From Trichoplax sp. H2 (taxonomy: Eukaryota), in contig NOWV01000209.1 of NCBI GenBank assembly GCA_003344405.1, positions 107,656 to 127,655 of the forward strand: DNA of 20,000 nucleotides. The letters are read 5' to 3'. Of this stretch, positions 1 to 8,307 are shown piece by piece (positions within the stretch are counted from its first letter, which is position 1; the number at the start of each line of letters is the position of its first letter). The translations under genes were made by a program, and so were the position numbers. A model generated the notes under the pieces. The model worked only from the letters and a program-made list of their open reading frames with translations, was not told the origin of the DNA and did not search any database.

Positions 1-503
1 AGTTTAAAAGGGCTGTAAATCATAAATAAAACTGGCATAAATCGAGATCTTGCAGTTTAAAAGGGCTGTAAATCATGGATAAAACTAGCATAAAATTACA
101 GTATAATGTCGTAGAAAGACCGCTGAAATGGAGAACTTGCAGTTTCAAAGGGATGTAAATTATGGATAAAACTGGCATAAATCGAGATCTTGCAGTTTCA
201 AAGGGCTGTAAATCATGGATAAAACTAGCATAAAATTACAGTATAATGTCGTAGAAAGCTTGCATAAATCGAGATCTTGCAGTTTACAAGGGCTGTAAAT
301 CATGGATAAAACTGGCATAAATCGAGAACTTGCAGTTTCAAAGGGCTGCAAATCATGGATAAAGCTAGCATAAAATTACAGTATAATGTCGTAGAAAGAC
401 TGCATAAATGGAGAACTTGCAGTTTAAAAGGGCTGTAAATCATAAATAAAACTAGCATAAAATTACAGCATAATGTCGTAGACAGATTGCTGAAATGGAT
501 AAC
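1..503. repeat. Tandem repeat with 140-bp higher-order unit (53-bp + 87-bp related monomers), truncated by window start
   Basis: The monomer start AGTTT(A/C)(A/C)AAGGG recurs at 1, 54, 141, 194, 281, 334 and 421, giving spacings of 53/87/53/87/53/87. The 87-mer is the 53-mer plus an insert of ~34 bp (AAATTACAGTATAATGTCGTAGAAAG...). Confidence 0.95.
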
Positions 504-676
504 ATCTTCTGAAACCAGCTTTAAACTAGGCTATAAAATATCCTTGAATGTATCATTCCAACTTTATAACATGACTTCATTGATACATTTATTTATATTT
601 ATCTAGGCGTATTTCATTGCATAATCAATCCTCTCTCTTCATACGAATATCGAGTAAATCACTCACAAGGTCCAGT

Positions 677-940
677 ATCCAAATTACATATACAATTGAC
701 GCTGCCATTTCTTCTAATAATATGATGTTATACATACTGTACGTCGTAGAGAGTATAGACGATCAGAAAAGTCCATCTCTAACAATCTAGAGTGCATTCA
801 ATGAACACTTGCATTTCTTATTATCGATGATATTACATATCATAGAGAGAGAGAGAGAGATGACCGGTTCAAAATGTACATTTCTAGCCATCTCAAGCGA
901 CATCCGCATATTCAATCAATACTGCCATTTGCTATAAAGA
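677..940 (+). repeat. Duplicated copy of the non-coding region upstream of the ADAM gene (homologous to ~7305-7700), includes (AG)n at 844-860
   Basis: ACGCTGCCATTTCTTCTAAT...GAGAGTATAGAC..TCAGAAAAGTCCATCTCTAACAATCTAGAGTGCATTCAATGAACACT at 700-808 matches 7325-7443. ATATTCAATCAATACTGCCATTT at ~908 matches ~7471. Confidence 0.85.
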
Positions 941-973
941 TAAAGATATTGTTCTGCCTGTTTTCGATCATAT

Positions 974-1460
974 CCTAATACGCAACAGCTATGTGAGGAT
1001 AACAGAAAGACGTGCTAAAATGGCGAATGTTTAGGGTCTTTATGCTTACGATAGGGTCGTCAGGTATGCGAGTGTCAAGTGAAGGAGAAATGTTGACCTC
1101 GATGCTGTTGGAATGAAAATGCAAAGACTTGTCAAAGTATTTCCGACTATTCAAAATATGGAAAGTTGCCTAACATGTACAAGCCAGAAGGAAGCGACTT
1201 TAGAAATGGTAGTAAAATTTGCAATTGGGATGGACATTGTATACCTGCAGTTGGAATTAGAGTTACTGTAGTTTTATCGCTATACTTTTGCCTAAGTTAT
1301 TGCGGTATTTAGGTAAAGCTCTTTTGGCAGCTATGTTGGTATTCTTTGTTGCTAGCCTCTTCATTGACTACCTGTTATAAAATGTATCTTTCTTTTCCGT
1401 CTTACTGTTTATCATGTCTCTCTGTTTTGGATATTTCCTTAATGAATCAATTATTTTACT
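974..1460 (+). pseudogene. Pseudogene fragment of the ADAM10/17-like gene (end of disintegrin domain, Cys-rich domain and TM region)
   Basis: Colinear with 9925-10400, reading LCEDNRKTC*NGECLGSLCLR*GRQVCECQVKEKC*PRCCWNENAKTCQSISDYSKYGKLPNMYKPEGS...ICNWDGHCIP. It has at least four in-frame stops (TAA, TAG, TGA, TAA) and a ~5-bp insertion frameshift near 1265. Confidence 0.93.
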
Positions 1461-1965
1461 GGTTATTTTAACAGTGTCGCATGTCTGTAACGGTATATTA
1501 TGCTGGACTGTTTGCAATTAGTATCCAAATTAGCTGCCATTAGCCTGCTGAGTTAGTTTTGTGCAATATGATAAACGGGTTCATCGGTATCGTATAGTGG
1601 AATGATCGATAAAAGGATAAGTTTGAACATTATTTTGCATGGAAGGCTGTCCAGTATTTCTTTCTTTTTAGTAGTCTTTTAATGTGTTATCATAAGACAA
1701 GGTAATGAATTACTAAAATAAGGGTATTCTACGTTATTACGGCTATACGATTAAAATGCAGCCAATCCTAAATAAAAAGAGAATTTTTAGCAAGCATACT
1801 AGGCGGAGTGTATCAAGTCCCTGGTGCCAACGTTAACGACTAAAAATGGAAACACAACGGATAGAAGCCATTGTCAAGATACACTATTTACAGTCATGGA
1901 CAACTAGAAGAAGACCTGGACTGATCACTCTAGACGCACAGACACTTTTGCTCTCATCTCGTTCA

Positions 1966-2436
1966 AATATTATGCCAAACAGTTCGTTATGACAGTACTT
2001 TAGCTTGGAGACGATTTATTCATACTAGTGCAAACTCCCGTCGCTTTACTAACGGTTTACGATAATGTGCTCATTTAACAGAGGTTCAGTAACTTTATAT
2101 TGGAAACAGTTCTATATAAGATCGTCGATGTTATTGAAATGAGTACCAGTGATTGAGAAAACAGACATGGAAAATCCATCCAAAGTAATTATTTTTCAAC
2201 TATTCCAATATTATGTCAAACGCCTCGTTATGACAGTACTATCCTATACTTTAGTATGGAGACGATCGATATTCAATGGACTAATTTTTTCTAAATGAAG
2301 ATTACGTTGAATCTTATTATCGGTTACTAAGTTCTGCTTGGAAACAGTTCTATATAAGATCGTCGATGTTATTGAAATGAGTACCAGTGATTGAGAAAAC
2401 AGACACGGAAGATCGATCCTAAGTAAATCATTTTTC
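1966..2436. repeat. ~240-bp tandem duplication (two copies)
   Basis: TGGAAACAGTTCTATATAAGATCGTCGATGTTATTGAAATGAGTACCAGTGATTGAGAAAACAGACA is identical at 2101 and 2340. AATATTATG.CAAAC...TCGTTATGACAGTACT occurs at ~1966 and ~2207. Confidence 0.9.
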
Positions 2437-3199
2437 GATATTGACGGCCTCATTTGGTCAGAAAAGTCTATCTGTCTTCGAGGAACTGAGCCAGTGACCA
2501 AGTTCTGTCTAGCGTACTATACATATACAGTACACTATTTTCACTACCCTATTCTGCTTAGAAATGAAACTATAGTACCAAGTAGGAGCAGGATTTCGTG
2601 ACGGATATCATCCAAAAAATAGAAATAGGACTAAATGGACAGCGATGGTTGAGGCCTATCCTTTTTTCGGCCATGCTCCTACACTATTGTACACTAAATG
2701 TACAGTCGAGTAATATTATTGATCAGCGTGAGTCGTTTTTTCCTAGAGTGGATAAAATGAAATAAAAGGATGACATTTCAATCCATTGGACTAACATTTT
2801 TTATCGGTACATAGCATCTGAGTCAATGAGATCTTCATCTATCCACACGTATGAAATTTGAAAGAATCAGGTCGGCCCAGAGAGATTTTTGAATCTCTGA
2901 TTGATCTGAAAAGAAAGGACTCTCACTCATATACACAGTACTGTACAGGGCACAGTCATCACCCGGTTTAAAAGCGTTTTGATGCCTTTCAAGAAAGGCT
3001 TAGAACGATAATGAAGGATGTTAAAGGGTTAATTGTCGCCACGTTTGCGACAATTAAGCATGTATGATGTGTTCCAAAAAAAATAGCAGAGTTGAAACGT
3101 TAATTTTGGGTTTCTTTTTGCGTACTTAAAAAAATCGCACTATATTCCGTGAAATTTCGACAGATTTTGCTAGTAGGTCTACTGAACGTATATCAATAG

Positions 3200-3890
3200 T
3201 GTAGACTGAGTACATTCACCATGGAATTTAGTGATCCTCGCCAAATCGCTGCTATTTTTATTCATAAATCGTATATGAATACTGTATTCCAATCGCAGCC
3301 ATTTTTATTCATCGTATAGGAATACTATATATATATATGTTACGGCCAAAAGCCGAAGTTTGGTCAATACGCGTAATGACCGGCTATATTACTCTAGATG
3401 CACCATGGAATTGAGTGGCCCAATGCCGATCGATGCTATTTTTTTTTCATCGTATATGAATAGTGTATAGGATATATTTGCGCTACTTATAGTCCTGTCC
3501 AATCCAATCCCATGGACTGCTCTAAAATTAGTGTAGATGCATCGTGGAATGGAGTGGTCCATGCTAAATTGCTGCTAGTTTTATGAATCGTACTAGCTCA
3601 TTTCGCGCCACCTGGCTGGCGCTTGTACTGACATTAACGCGTTGACCATTATTTATTGAAACGTTACTCTTCATTTTAATATTAATTCATAGCATGCTAT
3701 TTGTAATCGTCAAATTTTACCCGTCCAAACCCATGGACTACTGTAGATGCACCATGGCATTGAATGGTCCATGCTAAATCGCTGCTAGTTTTATGAATCG
3801 TACTAGCTCATTTCGCACCACCTGGCTGGCGCTTGTACTGACATTAACCCATCGACTACTCTAGATGCACCATGGAATTGAATGGTCTAA
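3200..3890. repeat. Degenerate tandem repeat cluster (~5 copies of TAGATGCACCATGGAATTGA.TGGTCC motif; one ~210-bp duplication)
   Basis: The motif occurs at ~3211, 3395, 3534, 3744 and 3862. GCTGCTAGTTTTATGAATCGTACTAGCTCATTTCGC.CCACCTGGCTGGCGCTTGTACTGACATTAAC occurs at 3571 and 3781. Confidence 0.85.
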
Positions 3891-3974
3891 TTATAGTAAC
3901 TAGTGGTTATCATTTTAATGGTAATTTGGGTGGCGTTATATTAATTTTCCTTCATTTTAATTATATTATTTATA

Positions 3975-4070
3975 GTAAAGAATGCGGAAGTCCAGCAGGT
4001 TCGCAGTATGCATGCAAAAAATTGTACGGATGTGCATACTGCGAACTTGCTGTACTTTCGCATTCTTTAT
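3975..4070 (+). other. Long hairpin (~39-bp arms, 16-nt loop); structured RNA or MITE relic
   Basis: TAAAGAATGCGGAAGTCCAGCAGGTTCGCAGTATGCATG (3976-4014) pairs with TGTGCATACTGCGAACTTGCTGTACTTTCGCATTCTTTA (4031-4069), with 4 G:U pairs and 1 C:U mismatch. Confidence 0.8.
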
Positions 4071-5084
4071 ATTGATTTCTATAATTCTATTCATTCTAAT
4101 ATTTGTACAGTAGATGTCATGTTCCAAAACAGACACAGTCCCGTCATACAGTACAGTATATTGTAATTGCATCAAGAAAATATTTTAAATTCTTTCTTTT
4201 ATGCGCCAATCGATCTACAGCATTCCTACTAAAACATTTTAGCATTAATTAATAAAGTCTCAACATCTTGATCAAATATTGGTAGCACTATCCTGCGTGA
4301 GTATTATTCGTTGAGCTTATTATAATGAACTATTGACATTGATTGTATAATAGCATCAACCACTCTCATCTAGGATAGTGTAGGTTGTGATATTATACAA
4401 CACCAGTTGAAATACGATACTACTCTATTGCCATAACAGAAGTACTGTATTTGAATGCCATGAACATGACTACATTTGAATTATTGCGCCATCTTTTAAT
4501 CTATTCTCTACTTTCTTCTTAATATTGTCAAATGGGATTGTAGATATTTTCCTTTCATTCATTATCGAGACTGGCTGCAACTAGAGTTGGCTATGACCTA
4601 TGGATGAAAACGCATTCAGATAATATTATATCGTAACTCTGAAATGTCTCCCCTTCATTCTTATCAACAGTCATAGCAAATGCTAGCCTAACTGCAAATC
4701 GATAGCGTACTAACTGAAATGATAGAAAGGAACCGTTATTTCATTTTATTATATTATAATGAGCAGTCTACTATACAAATATTACAATCATGCCATTTGA
4801 GATTCTCCAACATTCTCAATTTGTATTAATAAATTAATGAACTAATCCGATTGTAGGAGTGTACTTGCAGTACTACCATTCTTATTCACAAGAACATCCA
4901 AAGCCAATTCATACACTTGAGTTACAGTAGTAAAATTACTGTACGTGTACAGTATAGTATAGCACCAGTGAATTACCAAATCAACAAGTCAGTAATTTAT
5001 TTTTAATCGGAATTTACTATTGTTAAAAGTAATGAGTCAGCTATTTATTTATAGTAAAATAATTAACTTAAGCTCATCAGATGG

Positions 5085-5092
5085 TATAAAAG
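5085..5092 (+). promoter_or_regulatory. TATA box (TATAAAAG) upstream of the 177/157-aa ORF
   Basis: Perfect TATAWAWR match. The expected TSS near 5115 would make ATG 5153 (context ACTATGG) the first usable start. Confidence 0.4.
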
Positions 5093-5626
5093 ATGTTGCA
5101 ATCACTGAAATCGACACAACGTGTAGAATCGGATTTTGTTACTGGCAGCACTATGGCAAACTATGAATCAAAAATTGTACCATTAACATTAACTGCAAAC
5201 GATGAACCAGCAATTGTACAATTAACTGTTCAGGAATTTGAAGACACATTAAGAGAAATAGGAAATGGTTACCAATACTATTACATCGGTATCGCAGAAT
5301 TTCATGATGATCTTGAAACATCATTGAAAATTCGCGGTATAGGAGACGGGCATCATTGCGATGGAAAAATGGGTAAGAAACCGAGAGTTATTTATGGCAC
5401 TGGCAAACTAACCAAAGAACGTGGATGCCAATTGGAATTGAAATCAATCGAAGAACATCGTAAAAACAAATATTGCTTGAACGAGAAATCCTCTTCCGAG
5501 ACTACAGCAACACATGTAGTCTGCTATATTCGAGTTTACAATAGCCAATCTTCAAAACCAATAGAGACGGATAGAAGCTATAATTTCCAGCCAGAAAAAT
5601 ACCCTAGCTACTGTGAACGACTATAA
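5093..5626 (+). CDS. Small intronless protein, putative divergent GIY-YIG nuclease family (true start may be 5153, 157 aa)
   Basis: 534-bp ORF with protein-like composition in AT-rich DNA. Motif order YYIG(5279-5290)...R(5333)...HH...RVIYGT...CQLELKSIE(E 5435)...CLN(N 5480) follows the YIG/Arg/Glu/Asn arrangement of GIY-YIG nucleases. The upstream GIY triplet is not evident. Confidence 0.65.
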   Translation: MLQSLKSTQRVESDFVTGSTMANYESKIVPLTLTANDEPAIVQLTVQEFEDTLREIGNGYQYYYIGIAEFHDDLETSLKIRGIGDGHHCDGKMGKKPRVIYGTGKLTKERGCQLELKSIEEHRKNKYCLNEKSSSETTATHVVCYIRVYNSQSSKPIETDRSYNFQPEKYPSYCERL

Positions 5627-7324
5627 AACAAAAATTTGTATGACAGACTAGTTTTCAGCTATTTCAATACTTTCTGACATTTCTATCTTCAAGGTTCATC
5701 AATCAGTAATCGTATTTTTATTAATGAACTAATTAAAGCGTCGATTTCATCAACTGTAATATTTGATGTAAATCGAACGTCAAATCGTCTACAACTTAGG
5801 GCATATGCATCGTGCGTAATATTGCATATTGAGGCATGTATTAGCAATTTTAGATGTTGAATTGTCGTCTTTGTGTTATTAAAGTAAGATTTTATCCTAG
5901 TATCACTACAGCTCTAAATGTCGTTGATAAGCTAATTAATTTACACTTGGAACATTTCGTAATCTACTCTTTCTGTTCAAGCTATTTCAAATAAAATAAA
6001 GCGTCGGTTTACATAGATCACATTGAAGTCAAAATGAATGAAAACTTGGTATTTAGTAATTTATTATTTTATCACATCCTGTGATAAAATATCGTTCTTT
6101 TGAAAGTTCGCATTTATGTAAGACTAAGCAAATATCTTCACTCATAAAAAGTTCATTCTTGGTAAAATACCTTTAGTCTATAGTCTGCAGGTGTGTGGAG
6201 TCTAGTTCTTTTCGTTCTATCCGTTTATTATAATGTATTTTATCGAACTAGTACATTACACGTTCAAATAAACTGCAATATAATCAGCACAAAGTAATGA
6301 ATAGATTTTAAAAAATTGCATTCTAAACCACAAATGTTATCTTATAAAATTGCATAGAACTACAACATTCGAATATAAAGTGATAATTCATGATGTTATA
6401 AAACCGATACAAAATTGCACATCTCATAAAGTCAGCATAAACAACAATCAAGTCGTAAAGCCAATATAAAACTCTAAATTACTTATAGCGAGCCTATAAA
6501 GTAATTTCTATGAATTTATTGGCTGTAGTAGACTCATGAATCGTCAAAGAACTTTCTTTAGTACACTAATAATACATCATCTACTTTAAATTGATATCCT
6601 ACAACAAATTGCATTGCCTATTAATGGCTAAAACATGATAGCAGTGCTAGAAATTGAGTGAGAGTGCACTGGAAGACTATCGAGACCTTGGATATTCCTA
6701 GCACTTGCGATCATATGTCATATGCGACCACCTTCGACTTTCGTTAGAATATAAAGTCTAAACATGTCTATGAATATGTAATCTACCATGAGATATAGCG
6801 TTCAGTTTGTTGTATGACATATGTAATATATGTCGAAACTCTCAACTTTCCCTAATCCGTACTTTCATAGTGCTACTACGTCTTACAGATATCAATAAAC
6901 AAGGCAGGATAAAATGTTCATGAAATTGAATATAGACTCTGTTTAGTGTCCTTCATTCAGATAGGATACCTCCAACAACGGTGGGTAGTTTACATCACTA
7001 ACCAAACCCGCATTCTATGCCGTACGAAATGTTTGCTCACATCATTCCAATTATTGACACTGGTTATGCTTAATTTATTTATGCTAATATTGTTGAACGC
7101 ATCCTTCGAACTTTATAGAGAGACTGAATTTATGTCCACCCTTCATGGAGCTCGTCAATAACGATACCATATTTGTGCTTATTTTTGGCGATGCTAGTAT
7201 TTATAGAATTGCTATGGCATGATCCTAAAGAATTAGTACGCTTCAGTCTATTAATAGTATAGCCTAATAAGAAATAATTATCGCTCAAATAAACAAAAAA
7301 ATGTTCAAATTACACGTAAAACTT

Positions 7325-8085
7325 ACGCTGCCATTTCTTCTAATGATTAGATGCTACACTGTATGTCGTCGAGAGAGTATAGACTATTAGAAAAGTGCAT
7401 CTCCAACAATCTAGAGTTCTCTAGAGTGCATTCAATGAACACTAAAATGACATTCTGTGCTACCTAGGATATATTCAATCAATACTGCCATTTCCTATCA
7501 AGATTATTATACAGTATGTTGTATCCCATATACGGGCTAAGAGAAGAGTGCATGTCTAACAATCCACCGTTACATAAAGTACATTCAACAAACATTAATC
7601 ATTTCTCTTTTATGTTATATCGCATGCACTGATCTCTAGGAAAAGACATTTCTAGCAATCTAGAGTTATATCGAGAACATCCAACATGCATTGTCGTTTC
7701 TTATAATGGCCATATGTTGCGTCGTCGCTGTAGACTACAAGTAATCTAAAGTTGTACGTATATAGTATATCCGGTAAACACTGCCATTTCCGATAATCAT
7801 GATTTGCTATATGGTAGATCCAGACTACTAGAAGCATATTTCTAGTAATCTAGCATACATAGATGCATATATAGAACATTCTCGTCAATACTAGCATTTC
7901 CTATCTTGATTTAAACATGATTTCAAAGCTACAGGCTACTGGAAAGGATATTTCCAACAATCTAAAGTTATATATAGTGCGTTTAAATAAAAACGGCATT
8001 TCCTACCATGATTAAGTGTTATTGCGTAACCGTAGGCTACTAGTAAAGTACATTTCTAGCAGTCTAGAATTAAATATAGAACATC
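7325..8085. repeat. Degenerate ~100-bp tandem array immediately upstream of the ADAM gene
   Basis: CTGCCATTTC(C/T)TA-like motif at ~7328, 7485, 7691, 7781, 7892 and 7994. Each is followed by a (TAG)ACTACTAGAAAAG..CATTTCTAGCAATCTAGAGT-like segment. Confidence 0.75.
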
Positions 8086-8307
8086 TGATTCTATTTTTTA
8101 CAGTAGAAACGAAATTTCTGGACGTCATCGTAACTAAAATAGCAATAGCAACAACCCAATATTGACGGAATTACTTCAACAGAGCAAAGAATTGAAAAGT
8201 TTATATATACATCCACATAGTAAATTGAACAATTTTTATGATTTCGTAAGTGAAGACAGAAACGAGTAGAATTATCCAAAGTAAAGAGTAGACAACCACA
8301 ATTTACA

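Noticed and set aside
160..351. 63-aa minus-strand ORF with repeated LQDLDL, superficially leucine-rich-repeat-like
   Set aside because: It lies within the 53/87-bp array. The 53-bp and 140-bp periods are not multiples of three, so the frame is not maintained.
2244..2501. 85-aa minus-strand ORF
   Set aside because: It lies in the 240-bp duplication, has a non-ATG start and shows no recognisable domain.
3872..4175. Two short opposite-strand ORFs (67 and 69 aa)
   Set aside because: They overlap the hairpin and a repeat module and show no protein-like features.
6641..6708. Imperfect inverted repeat GCAGTGCTAGAAAT...ATTCCTAGCACTTGC
   Set aside because: Only ~8 bp is perfect and the interior is unpaired, so it is too weak to call a MITE or RNA structure.
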